Assembly (NCBI GenBank): GCA_951406725.2
Contig: OX597824.1
Location: 36,332,001-36,396,000, forward strand
Direction of reading: 5' to 3'
DNA from: Octopus vulgaris
Taxonomy: Eukaryota
Length of the DNA: 64,000 nucleotides
Of this stretch, positions 27,906 through 42,099 are shown one piece after another. The translations under genes and the position numbers were made by a program. A model generated the notes under the pieces. The model was not told the origin of the DNA, ran no database searches, and worked only from the letters and a program-made list of their open reading frames with translations. Positions within the stretch are counted from its first letter, which is position 1, and the number at the start of each line of letters is the position of its first letter.

Positions 27906-28862
27906 ACGGACCACCTGCCGTCGCTAGGTCAATCAGCGGGAAAGCTCGCCACGGAAACTCGGAGAGGAGAGAGATAACAACAACAACTACAACAGCAGGA
28001 AGAGATACAGAGAGAGATACACAGAGGCAAGGCAATTGGGTACGTTAACAACTAGTTTATATGACTATTAATTGTTACAACATCAAATACATATCAGATA
28101 CATTTAAAGAGGACACGTCGAATTAAACAACAACTCAATACATCATACAGGTATACCACAGATCAAAGCATTTAAACATGCAGGTAACAACACATCAAAT
28201 GCAATAACAACAGCATTTCAAGAGTACACGTCCGGAGACAACAGTTCTGTTTCAAATCACATTAAAGTTACAGTTCAAAGGACATTAAAGGCCTATACAG
28301 TTCAATGTTAATTACACAGTTCTCTCTTCAACAACTCTGTACACAATGTCTTTACACAGTTCACATTGTTCTTTTTTTACTGTCTCATTTCTTTTCAACA
28401 TTTCAATACATCGATTCTTTTTACATAAATACCACAACTCTTTCCTTCTTTTTCTTCACATATCAATACACAATTCACGTACCTTAGTTCCTACTATAAT
28501 AGCCAATGTCTCATATTGTACCTCATCTCTCTTAGCACCGCTAAATCCAACTTGCTAACCTCTCGCCTTAAATTCCAAATCTTCACTCCTAAATCCAACC
28601 GCTCGCCCTGACTACCAAAAACCGACTGAGCTGTCACTACGCCAATCTCTCTGTCGCAATCACTCTCTCTCTTGTCAGCTCCTCAGATTCCTTAATCTGT
28701 CTTCCTCTTTCACATTCTCTATCATCCTCTTGCTTGTCAGCTCCTCAGATTCCTTAATCTGTCTTCCTCTTTCACTGTCTCTCACACACTGAACTTTAAT
28801 TCACCTGACAGGGTCGGGGAGCTTCCCCAGAGCTAATTAATCAACCCGCATCTGGCAGAACA
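27902..28862. mobile_element. Probable solo LTR (TGTT...AACA)
   Basis: ~960 bp block bounded by TGTT and AACA between AT tracts, with an internal duplication at 28670-28775. Confidence 0.5.
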
Positions 28863-28899
28863 ATGGATATATATATATATATATATATAGGAGAGGAAA

Positions 28900-29595
28900 A
28901 ATTATAAAAAGGCAGAATGCTAAATTGAAGGTAAATTTTAATAAAAATGGGTGTATGGAAAATTTAAAAAATAATAACTCAAACCGGTTTTCACCGCAAA
29001 GCAAATTTTCAAGATTTGAAAGGGGAAAAGAATTTTTTTTTAAATTAAGGAAGGGTAAAAAAGAAATTTACAATGTTTTTTTCAAAAAAAATAATAATAA
29101 ACATATACAAAAATTAAAAAATAAGTATACCGATACATTGTAGAGTCTTTATGTTTTTTGAGTTCAATAATAGTCCTTGGAAAAATTTCTTTGGAGAATT
29201 AAGATCCATGTGATTAAACGTGGTGCTTAGTTTAAAGTGTTTGGTAAAAGAATGTCAAAACAGGAAATGGGGTAGGAGTTATCCAGTTCCTGTGAGTAAG
29301 GGGAGACAACTCTGTGGATTTTATGCTCTTCAATTGGGAATATCGATTTTTTGTCAGATAGGATGTTAGAAAAAAGGAGTATGGTCATCGTGGAGTTTGC
29401 ATATTAAGATGCGTTTGGAATTTTTCAATAAAAAGATTCTCCTTGTTGATTCTTTCAAAAATTTCTTTTCCCCTTTCAAATCTTGAAAATTTGCTTTGCT
29501 ATGAAAACCGTTTTGTGTTATTATTTTTTAAATTTTACATACACCCATTTTTATTAAAATTCACCTTCAATTCTGCCTTTTTATAATTTTTTCTC
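28900..29595. repeat. Inverted repeat pair, probably Penelope-like termini
   Basis: 28900-29030 vs 29465-29595 reverse complement (AAGCAAATTTTCAAGATTTGAAAGGGGAAAAGAA / TTCTTTTCCCCTTTCAAATCTTGAAAATTTGCTT). Confidence 0.75.
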
Positions 29596-29704
29596 TCCTA
29601 TCATTTCTCCACGTGCGATCAATACAACCCCACCATTTATTGATTTATATATATATATATGTGTGTATGTATGTGTGCGTGTGTGTATGTGTGTGTATGT
29701 ATGC

Positions 29705-29761
<57 letters not shown>

Positions 29762-30392
29762 TAATTGAAAAATAGGATAAAATCATTATAAGAATTTATC
29801 AAGTAGTTAGCGCCTTTTACATAGATATATAAGTGTGAACAATTCTATGTGCTATGCTGGATACATTTGGTGTTCGTCTGGTTTCTTGTTTTCTTTGTTC
29901 ATTTTTATGTGTCTTGAATTATGCCTGCACTGACGATTAATAAGTGCATTTTGTGCACTAATTATGAAATCATATGATATGCAGCTGAATTGTGTTTTTA
30001 AAATGCACATTTCGAGAGTTGCATTCCCTCGAGTTCGGTACAATCTGTTTATTTCTTATGGTAGTTTTGACTTTAAGATTCCCTCCTAGCGTGAGGCATT
30101 TATGTATAGTAATGCCCTTAATATAAGTAAATATATTTAAGAGGAATAATTTATGGATTTTTCACGCTAACTACTTGATAATTTCTTATAAAATTTTGCG
30201 TAGAGCAACATTGTTTTTTGAGAAATAACCGGTTTCGTGTTTTCTTTTCAAACTTCTCAAATTTCTTTACTGATATTGTATTATCTCCAAAAACAATGTT
30301 ACTATACGCAAAATTTTATAACATTTTACTAACATAACGATTGAACCATATATGCATGTGTGTGTGTGTGTGTGATATACATACATCTATAT

Positions 30393-30431
<39 letters not shown>

Positions 30432-30549
30432 GACCCTAACCCTATTACCACCATAAATTTATAGTAGTAATAATGTCTTTTGACGTCTACTTTTCAGTGT
30501 GTGGTGAGGCACAATCCAAGTCCTTGTTATAAATATGTATATAATTATA

Positions 30550-30616
<67 letters not shown>

Positions 30617-30719
30617 TATATAATTTAAAAGTCAAACAAGCTACAAAACTATACCTATTGATCATTCGCATTTTCCATGAGATAAATAAGTACGAATTAT
30701 AATAGCAGTAGTAGAAATA

Positions 30720-30930
30720 ATAATCCTTTATACTATATGCACAACGCTTGAATTTAGAGGAGGGGGCCAGTCGATTATATCGACCCCGCTACTCAACTGG
30801 TACTTATTTCATCGACCCCTGAAGGATGAAAGAAAAAGTCAACCTCGGCAGTATTTGAACTCAGAACGTAGCGACGGGCGAAATAACGCTAAGCATTTCG
30901 TCCAGCGTGTTCATCATTCTGCCAGTTCGA
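30720..30930 (-). mobile_element. Cephalopod-type SINE
   Basis: Same core as other copies. Confidence 0.7.
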
Positions 30931-31129
30931 ATATTAAACGCATTTTCTTGCAGTTTTAACATTGTTGAATTATATCCATGTAATGCAAAATCTCTCCTCC
31001 AGTTTATCCTAAACTGATACCAAAGTCAGAATGCATGCTAGAAAATCTCTGATTTTCTTTGGTGACTTCTAAGTTAAGAAGAAATGTGACCGTTGTTCGA
31101 TATCTTAATGAGAGAAGTATATGAGTTAT

Positions 31130-31470
31130 TGGTGGTGGAAGCACTCCGTCGGTTACGACGACGAGGGTTCCGGTTGATCCGAATCAACGGAACAGCCTGC
31201 TCGTGAAATTAACGTGTAAGTGGCTGAGCACTCCACAGACACGTGCACCCTTAACGTAGTTCTCGGGGATATTCAGCGTGACACAGAGAGTGACAAGGCC
31301 GGCCCTTTGAAATACAGGTACAACAGAAACAGGAAGTAAGAGTGAGAGAAAGTTGTGGTGAAAGAGTACAGCAGGGATCACCACCATCCTCTGCCGGAGC
31401 CTCGTGGAGCTTTAGGTGTTTTCGCTCAATAAACACTCACAACGCCCGGTCTGGGAATCGAAACCGCTTA
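31130..31470. mobile_element. SINE-like interspersed repeat (second family)
   Basis: GC-richer block ending in a tRNA-like reverse motif GGGAATCGAAACC; resembles common octopus repeats (from recall, unverified). Confidence 0.5.
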
Positions 31471-31799
31471 GGTTTTAGCAATACTGGTCTTTTGCTAGCT
31501 GAAATGACTCATCTATACAAGCAACAATTACATACAAATAGTTGGTATGCTGATCCTGATCTTCGTGACTTTCTATGTTATAACAATTTAGTTATAGTAT
31601 TTCAAGTACTTATATAAATTGTGAAAGGTAAAAGAAAAAACGGCAAAGAAAAAATGTACGAAAAAAGTGGGGCAAAGTAACGGAAGACAGAGGAGGAGGA
31701 GGGGCAATGAGCTATATATCCCAGAACAAAAGGGTTATTCAGCTGCGCTCTGTTGTTATGACCGTGATGGCGTTACTGAGAGAATGGCAAGCGGCACTC

Positions 31800-32820
31800 T
31801 CTCCAGTAGACCCACCATATCGCGAGGCTCATTTCTCCGACGGGTCACTGACATCCCTATATTTTGCGTTGGAAATCAGTAGTATTTATTGATTTTTCTC
31901 TCCTCTGCTTTATGGGCGGAGAGGTTGGAGTCGGAGAACGTGTTGTTGGAGTCGGAGAACGTGTTGCTGCACGTCCAGTCACAAACGAGCCATCTGCCTG
32001 CCTCGAATGAGGGCGCTTACCGTACTCACGGTCGAGACCTGTAACCTCAAGTTGAGACGGGAAACCAGCCGCATCAAAACCCCTACTGATTATGTCATTC
32101 AGTGCGGCGTGATGAGGGAATCGGGATAAAGACTGAAGGATAAAGGGGACAGGACGAATTCGTCTACTATCGCTCAGCATCGACAATTGTGCGGCTCGCA
32201 AATGCGGTGACCGAGGCATTGGTCCACCCTGAAACGGGTGCACTCATCATCTAGAAGAGTACCAATAGATGAAGAGGGCACCGAATTGAGTCATGCACCA
32301 CTATTTGACTGCAAGGCAGAACGGAGGCAGGCAAGGCGGTGCTGGTCAAGAGATGTCTTGCATCTGATGTCATCCCAGTCGCGATGGGCATCCATATCCT
32401 GGGGGACAACAAGCCTTCAGTGGCACAATCGGCAAGGGCTGACTCCGGTACCTGATCCACATCAGGTTCGGCTATCTCATGGAGAATTTCACCAAGAAGG
32501 GTGCGGCTGGAGGAGACGGAGGAGTGATAGACCGGCAGAGCAATTACCAATGCAACTCGGAGACCAAGGCTGCCGAATCTAATTGGCAGTTTGTCCCATT
32601 GCCCGCCGGTGTTTTCAAAACTGACATTGCAGATCAGTTCGGTACAGAACTGGATGGTGTTATCAAAGTCACCATGACAGTCTCCGACGTGGTGTCATGG
32701 CTCACTGCTCATCCAGAAAAGAGCCTAGGCAGAACAAAGCAATTCCCCATGAGGAAGAGCGCCGGGCTCAGATTCTCGCTTATCCTGGACAGTTCTGCAA
32801 GCTTTGCTTCCAAGAACTTA
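31800..32820 (-). mobile_element. CRE/R2-like non-LTR retroelement fragments (restriction-like endonuclease region)
   Basis: RFPHHAALNDII.RG..AG.PSQLE.TGLDREYGKRP, matching the RHxxxND...EPxGL.R.DGKRPD pattern; elevated GC. Confidence 0.55.
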
Positions 32821-33980
32821 GATGTAACAATATTAATGGTCTGATGGAAGCACTTGATATCGAATACGAACCCAGTCACTGAAGGCTGTTCATAGATTCA
32901 TGAAAAACTTGTTTGAAAGGTGTCTTGTTGCATAATGGCAATAGTGAACCTTCAGTTCCTGTGGGCTATGCATCACATATGAAAGAAACTTATGAGAATA
33001 TAAAGCTTATGCCGCAATGCATAAAATATAGTGAATATCAATGGCAGCTCTGTGCTGAATTAAAGGCTGTTGCTTTTGTGATTGGCTTGCAGGGCGGATA
33101 CACCAAGTACTGTTGCTTTCTGTGTGTATGGGACAGCCATGCAAGAGGTTACCACTGTATCAGGAGAGACTGGCCGCCTCATCAATCATTGAGGCCTGAA
33201 ATGAAAAATGTTCAACATCCACCTCTCACTGAACCAAACAAAATTTTGCCATCACCACTACACATAGAACTAGGGAACATGAAAAACTTTGTAAAAGCTA
33301 TGGAGAAATCTGGTCAGGGATCAAGTATTTAACATTAAAATTCCACCCCACTCCCCTACTGAGCGACGCTAAGATAAAAGAGGGAGCCTTCATTGGTCCT
33401 CAGATTCGAGAGCTTCTTAAAGATAGTAACTTTGAATCAGCCCATCGGGGGGAGGAGAAATATACTTGGGAAGCATTCAAGTTGGTGGCGAAGGGATTTC
33501 TCGGAAGGGAAGTATGAAGAATTGATGGAAAACCTCATCAAGGCTTACAAGAACGTGGGATGTAACATGTCAAGTTTAGTCCACGTTTTGGACTCACATT
33601 TAGACCTTTTTCCAGCGAACTGTGGAGCAATTAATGACGAACATGGTCAAGGTGATTTCTAATAAGTTAGATAATGGCCTGGGCCAATACTGGCCGAAAT
33701 CTATCAAAGTAAGGGTTTCATCAAGATTTTTCAACCACGGACAAGTGTTACCAGGGTAAATGGAGCAAACCGCTGCTCGCTGGACATTGGCAAGAGATTA
33801 TTCTTCAGCCCTCTATAAGAGTCAAGCAAAAAGGCAGAGTAGATACGGACTAGCGCTTTAAACATAATGACACATTGTACGTTATAATAAAATAATCAAA
33901 TATTACATGTCTTGTATCTTTAAGCCTATAGCTAATATGCATTTTTCAAAGTGATATTTGGATTCAAGACATGAAAATAC
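32820..33980 (+). mobile_element. Decayed Chapaev3-like (CMC) DNA transposase
   Basis: LKGVLLHNGN.PSVPVGY..HMKETYEN, GLQGGYTKYCCFLCVWDS, LHIELG.MKNFVKAM, CNMS..HVLDSHLDLFP..GA..DEHG; superfamily label from recall. Confidence 0.7.
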
Positions 33981-34299
33981 AGCTCTCTATGTCTTCCAGT
34001 TCAATCAATCATATACATACTTCAGTTAGTGGTCCACGTTAGGTAGTCCCCTGTCCATATCTTCCTATTCAATCTTTACCTGACATACTCCAATCACTGA
34101 TCTACTAGTGGACTGACTCTCCTCTCTCTCCAATAGTAAAGGACACACTGGTATACTTTAGACACATTTCTTAGTTCATACAGCTGTTTTATGGTTAAAG
34201 AATCTTGAATTCTCATGCAGTTTGCATTAGTTTAATGATATAGACATTTTGTTAAGATAGACTCAAAAGAAAGATTATAAATTTCAAAATTATTTATTT

Positions 34300-34668
34300 A
34301 ATGTAAGCTTGCTTACCAACCACATGGTTCCAGGCTCAGTCCCACTGCGTGGCATCTTGCCGAGCAATGCCTTGTGAGTGGATTTGGTAGGCGGAAACTG
34401 AAAGAGGCCTGTCGTATATATGTATATATATATATGTATGTATGTGTGTGTATATGTTTGTGTGTCTGTGTTTGTCTCCCTAGCACTGTTTGACAACCGA
34501 TGCTGGTGTGTTTACGTCCCCGTCACTTAGCGGTTCGGCAAAAGAGACCGATAGAATAAGTACTGGGCTTACAAAGAATAAGTCCCGGGGTCGATTTGCT
34601 CGACTAAAGGCGGTGCTCCAGCACGGCCGCAGTCAAATGACTGAAACAAGTAAAAGAGTAAAAGAGTA
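34300..34668 (+). mobile_element. SINE insertion in the upstream region of module C
   Basis: Sits where the homologous region at ~60400-60430 has only a short segment; SINE-like motifs. Confidence 0.6.
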
Positions 34669-34792
34669 TGTTCTCACCTGTATTTGTGTCATTTTCAAGA
34701 CTGAAATCATATTTGGGATCTTTTTAAAGGTGACTAATTGAGAAAGGAGTTAACAATGTTAAAATTTAGAAACAAAAATTGATAGCATAATG

Positions 34793-34831
<39 letters not shown>

Positions 34832-35935
34832 AGAGAGAGTTGCTCTAAGTCATGTCAGAAAAAGGGCCATAAAAGTCCTATGAAAATACATTAAAATATT
34901 AATTTTGAACATTTTATTATTCACATTTTATTATTCATTTGCTGAAGTAAACGATGCATAGAAGTCTCCGTTAACATTAATCTTCTTGATCCCTAGTAAT
35001 TAGTTTCCATTTACATCCAGAGTGTTTTATTTACTGTAATATTAAATCAGCCCAGAGATGGTTACTGTTTGAAGTATGGTTAATTTGTGTGTTTATCTTT
35101 TTAAAAACCTCTCAAATAAAGGAGAAGCATTGTTACTCCTTTGTGCGAATTCCAAACTATGATTTAAAATCATTGAATAACTTTGAATGCAGAAACCATG
35201 TTAGAGGTAAGGGTTAACTAAATTATAATACATTTTTAGCAAGTTATAACATTTTGGTTATAGTATTTTATGTTATAGTAATTTAGTAAAAGAAATACTT
35301 GCCTATTGACAATGACACAAAATATAATAAATTTTAAAAACTGCCCTGTGTCGTAAGGCAATTGCCCTGGCTCATTGTAATTAGTTTAAGGAAAGAAATA
35401 TGCTGTATCTGCTTATGATTGATCAAATGGATCGTTTTTTTTTGTTGTTTTTTTTTGTTGGAGAGAAATTTATGGGAGGAATGGCTGAAGACTATTTCAG
35501 AAACTAAAATAATACGGCGTGGAAAAGAGTATAGATTATTATTAATTTTAATCTATGCTGATTATTGCTATTATAGTATTTAGTTTCCCTGAATGTAACC
35601 TATAAAGATTGCTTCTAATTTTTATTGAACGAATTCTGTAGCTTTAGCAATAAGAATTAATGAGAAAGAATATATAATTAAACAAATACCTCGTTATTTC
35701 ATCTTAAATGTCAAGTACCGATTCAGAATTAATAGGGTCTAAAATAATCTATTATCAATATATGTAACAAAAGCAATTAGTTGGCGTCCCCATTTGATTG
35801 TAAGCTTTACCCTGGATTGACGTGGGTTTTGAGAGTCTGGGTGGCCCCTTAATCATGATAAAGGCAAGAAAGGATCAGTTTAAACCTTCAGCTGGTTTTT
35901 AGGATGTGCATAATATTTGTGAAAATTACGCAATC

Positions 35936-35984
35936 ATGAAACGTTTGTGGGTTATATTTTATTTCTGGCATCTCTTATTTGACA
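35936..35984 (+). pseudogene. Degenerate micro-exon C (MKRLWVIFYFWHLLFD+a); donor mutated to GAAAGT and TATA lost
   Basis: Homologous to modules A/B/D/E over ~35480-36080; GT to GA at 35985-35986; TATA region deleted. Confidence 0.7.
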
Positions 35985-36076
35985 GAAAGTACATTTTCAA
36001 GAATTTATCATACATTTACATACATTTCATCTTTATAATTTTCTTATGATAACAAATGACTCATTTTCTATATGAA

Positions 36077-36149
<73 letters not shown>

Positions 36150-36799
36150 GTAAAATTAATAATGTAAGAAAATGGAGAGTTAAAGACGTATAGCTAATTT
36201 ATTTGTACGATAGTTTGTTTTTAAGATATAAATGCAAATAATTTTTTTATAAACACAATAGAAGGCTAAAAAAACCTACATATGTTTCGATTTTGGTCCC
36301 TTGGTAATGCGTAATTCAGAGCATTTGTATTAGTTCCAACGTTAAGAATTTAAGCTGTAAGAGGTAGAATCTCTTCAGTGTTTTTGTTTTAATAATAACG
36401 AAGGTCACATCTTACTTGTAGGAATTAAAATTCACAACTAAAGTTTAAGATGTTATTTCATATATATTGTGTGTAAGAATTTGGTAATGAAAATAAAATT
36501 AGTATGTAAAATGAATATCAAATAAAATAAAATACAGTGAACTTACTTAGAAATATATATATAAATAATATGAATATTTAAAATAGTGTTATATTTGTAT
36601 GGGAAAATAATTATGTAATGAAATAAAGTAGATAAAATAATAAATAAATAAATAAATGAATTAGGAAAATACACAATAAATAATGAATAGTAATTAAATC
36701 GTTATAATTATATAATTTTTATTGGCTTACTAGTGGATGCTAGTAAATATCAATGAATATGTGTTAATCGTTTATATATGTGTTAGTATTTACTCAATT

Positions 36800-37215
36800 T
36801 TGGGCGAGCTGGTAAAAACGTTAGCACGCTGGGCGAAATGCATAGCGGTATTTCGTATGCGTTACGTTCTGGGTTCAAATTCCGCCGAGGTCGACTTTGC
36901 CTTTCATCCTTTCGGGGTCGATAAATTAAGTACCAGTTACGCACTGGGGTCGATGTAATCGACTTAATACCTATGTCTGTCCTTGTTTGTCCCCTCTGTG
37001 TTTAGCCCCTTGTGGGTAATAAAGAAATAGGTATTTCGTATGCCGTTAAATTCTGAGTTGGAATTCCGCCGAGGTCGACTTTGCCTTTCATCCTTTCGGG
37101 GTCGATTAAATAAGTACCAGTTGATCACCGGGATCAATGTAATCGACTTAATCCCCTTGTCTGTCATTGTTTGTCTCCTCTATGTTTATCTCCTTGTGGA
37201 CAGTAAAGAAATAAA
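36800..37215 (+). mobile_element. Cephalopod-type SINE, tandem/dimeric
   Basis: GGTTCAAATTCCGCCGAGGTCGACTTTGCCTTTCATCCTTTCGGGGTCGAT core present twice. Confidence 0.8.
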
Positions 37216-37296
37216 TATTCTATCCGTTAATAGATGTATAATTCAAGTTAATATATACACACATAGACCTATATACGCATGTATACAGTAAGCGTG

Positions 37297-37356
<60 letters not shown>

Positions 37357-37879
37357 GTGTGTGTGTGTTTGTGTGTGTATGTTTGTGTGTGTGTGTATGT
37401 TTAAGCATCCACACACATGTATATATAGCCAATTCAAATAAACGTATAAAGAAACGAATAAACGGGCAACATGAGGACCTGCACAAGAAATATTTGAGTG
37501 AGTTTGACGCTCGGTGAAAGGACAGAGTATGATGTTTCGAGCATAGCTCTTAGTAGGAAAGGAGAATGGGAAAAGTGTGTGTGTGTGTGTTATATTAAAA
37601 ATGAACTTCAATCTTATTCGCTTGCAATGTTACACAGCCAAAGTGGCGCATAATGGGAAAATACTCTGAATTAAGGTCCATCTGAAATGTGAATACAAAC
37701 AGAATAAAACAGAATGCAAGAAGAATAAAAGAAGTTTCGCGTAAATCGGATAAGTGGTTCTTGAGATATTGGAGGGTTTAGGGATATAAATACCCAAAAC
37801 AGTGCATAATGGGAAAATATCCCGAAAATAACTTAACCCTGAAAGGGAAGACACTCTAATCTTTCGATTATGATAAGCA

Positions 37880-39590
37880 AAAGTATTAATGATTTGCCAA
37901 CGAAAAAATACGAGTTGGCATGGTGTTATTGAAAAACTGATTACATTAAATGATAGTCTACAACAGTTATATCAAGAGGAAAATAATATGATCAGTGTAT
38001 GTGCTGATTTTTCAAAACGCTCAAACGAATGTTTGATACCATATAATCATCTGTTACCAAGTTCAGAAGAAATTTTCGTGAAGTTGAATTGAAGAAAACT
38101 TTTTTCAAAATTGGATCTATCTGAAGCATACCTGAAGGTACAAGTTGATAAAGAATGTTCAAAACTATTAACGCTAAAGGATTGTATAAATTCAATTGAC
38201 TTCATTTTGGTATAAAGGTAGCACCAAGCATTTTCCAACAAGCTATGAACACTGTTCGCGGGTTCGGATTTCGCTACATCGTACCTTGACGATGTACTCA
38301 CCAAAAGGGACTCTGGTTGCCGGCATGCTGAACATGTTAAAATATCTTCGAAAATATATAAGATTATGGATTTAAGCTCAGCGAAGAAAAGTGTGAATTC
38401 TTTATGTCAAGAATATTGCATTTAGGGCAAATTATCAATGAAAATGGTGCAGACCAGACCCGTGAAGGGCGAGTGCAATAAAAAATATACCTTCCCCGAC
38501 AATCATTACAACGTTACAAGCATTTTGGGGGCTCGCAAATTACTACCAGGTATACATACCGAAGATGCATGATTTAAGAGCACCCCTGAATAACTTGTTT
38601 AAAAAGTCGCAAAGTGAAACTGGTCGGACAAGTGCCAAAACATTTTGAAGAAATGAAAAACATTTTAACGTCGGAATTGTCGTTGTCACATTTTAATCCG
38701 AATTCAGAAATAGTAGTGGCTTCACACGCTAGTGAAAGTGGTACTGGAGCAGTGATTTTGCAGAAATATGAAGATTGTAGCCTGAAAACTGTAGCTCATG
38801 CTTCGCATTCCTTATTGCCGGCTAATGAAAGTTGCAGTGAAATAGAGAAGGAAGCATTAGCCATCATATTTGCTGTACAAATATTCCATAAATTGATATA
38901 TGGAAGAAGATTCTGTTTGCAGACAGACCACCGTCCATTATTGTCGATCTATGGATAAAAAAAAAAAAGAGGGTATCCCCACACATACAACCAACAGATT
39001 GCAGCGCTGGGGAACGATCCTACTAAATTATGACTTCAAGATGAAATATTTGTCATCTACAAAATTGTGAGGTGCAGATTGACAATCGAGATTAATACCA
39101 AAATATAATGAACCACTAGAAGACACAGTGATAGCAGCGTTAAGAGCCGAAAATGAAATAAATATATGTGCATCGTTGTGTGTTAATTACCTTTCACATT
39201 GGAGGAAATAAAAATTAAAGCAGAAGCGGATGAGTTTATCATGAAAAGAAAAAATAGTGATATCAAAAGAAACAAATAAGAAAATACGTGTGGCTGGACG
39301 TAACACAAATTCGAATTTGTATTCGATACATGATAATGTGCTTATGTATGCACGGAGGGTCGCAATGCTTGTCTCACTACAAAATCGAATGTTAAAGGAA
39401 TTCCACACAGGACATCCAGGAATTTCTAGGATGAAGTCACTTATGAGGAGTTATGTTTAATGGCCGCAAATGGACAAGATATTGAGACGTTGGTAAAATC
39501 CTGTAGAGATTGTGCTATTACAGCGAAATCAGCACCTATAAAATTTCAGCCTTGGCTCAAGACTGATATTCCGTGGACCAAGCCACTCTT
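37880..39590 (+). mobile_element. Decayed Ty3/Gypsy pol (RT, RNase H, integrase zinc finger)
   Basis: CADFS, KLDLSEAYL, FGIKVAPSIFQQ, YLDDV, IEKEALAIIFAV..FH..IYGRRF.LQTDHRPL, HTGHPGISRMKSLMRSYV; many stops and frameshifts. Confidence 0.88.
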
Positions 39591-40074
39591 ATTGACGAGT
39601 TTCATTTCTTCATTTCCACGAAGAGAAGATTACATTGTTTCTACACCATTTTATTCCTTTGGAATAATACCAGTGATATCTTGGAAATATTTGTCGGAAG
39701 TAAAAGAATTTGAATAACAACTGCGTTTAACACCGTTTATCTATTTATATATACTATACAAAATATTTCATGTAAATCTGGAATTTCTACCTTTAAAAAC
39801 AAGGAATTACAACCTTTTTTACTTGTGTGATTTTTTGCTACCCTGGTAACTATTTGTTTATTTTTTCCGCGTTAATTGTTAACAAGGGAAAATACATATG
39901 GATACCCCCCCACACACACACACGCACACACACACACACACACACGTACACACACACAGACACACACATATATATATGTACTTTATTAAAAAGAAGCAAA
40001 AATATCACAAAAAACTGTTACTCATAGTTTCACGCCCCCGTTCGTCGGACAGTTTTCTTTAGAATGGTATGCTG

Positions 40075-41490
40075 GCGAACGGAAGAGGGAGAGACGACTC
40101 GGAAAATTCACATCAGGAATGTCCCGAGTCCTCTTACCACTTCCCCGTTCGTCGGCGTAATTTGTTTTCTTCATTTTCGTTTACTACACATTATTTTACA
40201 CCTAGTACACTACTTTTTTTTTTCAATTTTTGTGACGCGTGGGTTGCGGACTCGGATAATTCACACGATCCAGTAACTTGACTTCGACACCCAAAATGAA
40301 ACAAGAATAGTGTAGCAAGTGTAAAACAACATGTAGTAAACGAATAGGAAAAAAAATGCACGCTGGCGAACGGTGGGGTGGGGGCAGAGAACTCGGAAAA
40401 TTCACACGATCAATCTCACAGGATCCGAAAACTCAACGTTAACACCCGGTCACAAAAATATTAAAAAATCATGTAATAGGTGTAAAACAACATGTAGTAA
40501 GCGAATATGAAAAAAACAATGCGCGCTAGCGAACGGGGCGTGGGAGAGCGGACTTGGAAAATTCACTTACCAAGGTGCCATGCAGTGGGACTGAACTTGG
40601 AACTGTGTGGTTGGGAAGAATGTCCATTTACTTGGCAGAAAAAATCGGATCGTGTGAATTGTCCTGCTCCACCCCTTTCGCCATCAAGCGTCTTCAAACA
40701 TCTACGCTGCAATTGTTTCTGTTAATACCATTATGCAGAAGACAAAATCGAAAAACTTTTCTGCGCAAATTTTTGTTTTCCTTTTCGGTTATAGCATAGA
40801 TAATTTTACCTCTGAAATGCCAAATTCGGCCTCCAGGATGCATTGGTCGACCCGAGGCAATAGTTGAAGACACTGGCTGGCGAACGGAGGTTGGGGGCCC
40901 CAAGACAATTCGTACGATCCGATTTTTTCCCTCAATTAAATAGATATTCTTCCCAACCACACGGCTCTAGGTTCAGTCTCACTGCATGGCACCTTGGGCA
41001 AGTGAATTTTCCGAGTCTTGTCCCCTTCGACTGCGCGCGTTTTTTCATATTCGTTTACTACATGTTGTTTTACACCTATTGCACTATTTTCTTTCCATTT
41101 TTATGACCGGGTGTTAACGTTGAGTTTTCGGATCCTGTGAGATTGATCGTGTGAATTTTCCGAGTCCTGTACTCACCCCACTCCTGTTCACAAGCGCACA
41201 TTTTTTTGATTTTTAATAATCGCTAAGTACACATTATTTTACACCTATTGCACTTTTTCTTTTTATTTTTTGGTGGCTGGGTGTCGAAGTCGGGTTACTG
41301 GATCGCGTGAATTATCCGAGTTCGTATCCCAAACACATCCCGTCACAAAATTCTTTTCAGAATAGTGTACTAGGTGTAAAATAATGTGTAGTATACGAAT
41401 ATGAAGAAAAAATTGCGCCGACGAACGAGTAAGTATTGAAAGGACTAGGAACATTCCCGATGTGAATTTTCCGAGTCGTCCCTCCCAGAG
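40075..41490. repeat. Large foldback/palindromic element (~570 bp arms, ~260 bp spacer) with internal subrepeats
   Basis: 40391-40452 is an exact reverse complement of 41104-41165; also 40093-40132 vs 41441-41480 and 40557-40621 vs 40946-41012. Confidence 0.85.
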
Positions 41491-41880
41491 CGCATTATTT
41501 TTTCCATATTCTTTTACTACATGTTGTTTTACACCTATTACACTATTTTTTCCTTCATTTTTTTGATCGGGTCAAACATTGGAGGTTAACAATTTTTTCT
41601 ACCGCTCTGAGGAGATTTTGCCTAATATAATGATTGTAATAATTGTTATTTAATCTATTAGGCTTAATTGACACAGTTGTAAGGGAATACGTTTGATGTT
41701 TGCAGATAATGAATTTTTATTAAATGCTATATCTCCATTTTCTTACTTTCTTTTGAACCATGATTTATATATATACCTATTGTTTTAGAATATTATTATT
41801 CACAACAAATATTAGGTACTGAATCAGTAATTCGTAGGATGATACCCTCCCTTAATGAGGCTAATTTAACCTCTCATTGA

Positions 41881-41963
<83 letters not shown>

Positions 41964-42099
41964 ATATATAAAGATAGATATATATATATACATATATAGA
42001 TATACACATATATACATATATATATGTACATATATATATTAGAGGGAAACCACTATGTGGACACCCTTATGCTAGAAATATATATAAATATATTCCAAT

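Noticed and set aside
36800-36900. tRNA gene
   Set aside because: A/B-box-like head of a multi-copy SINE; no full cloverleaf evident
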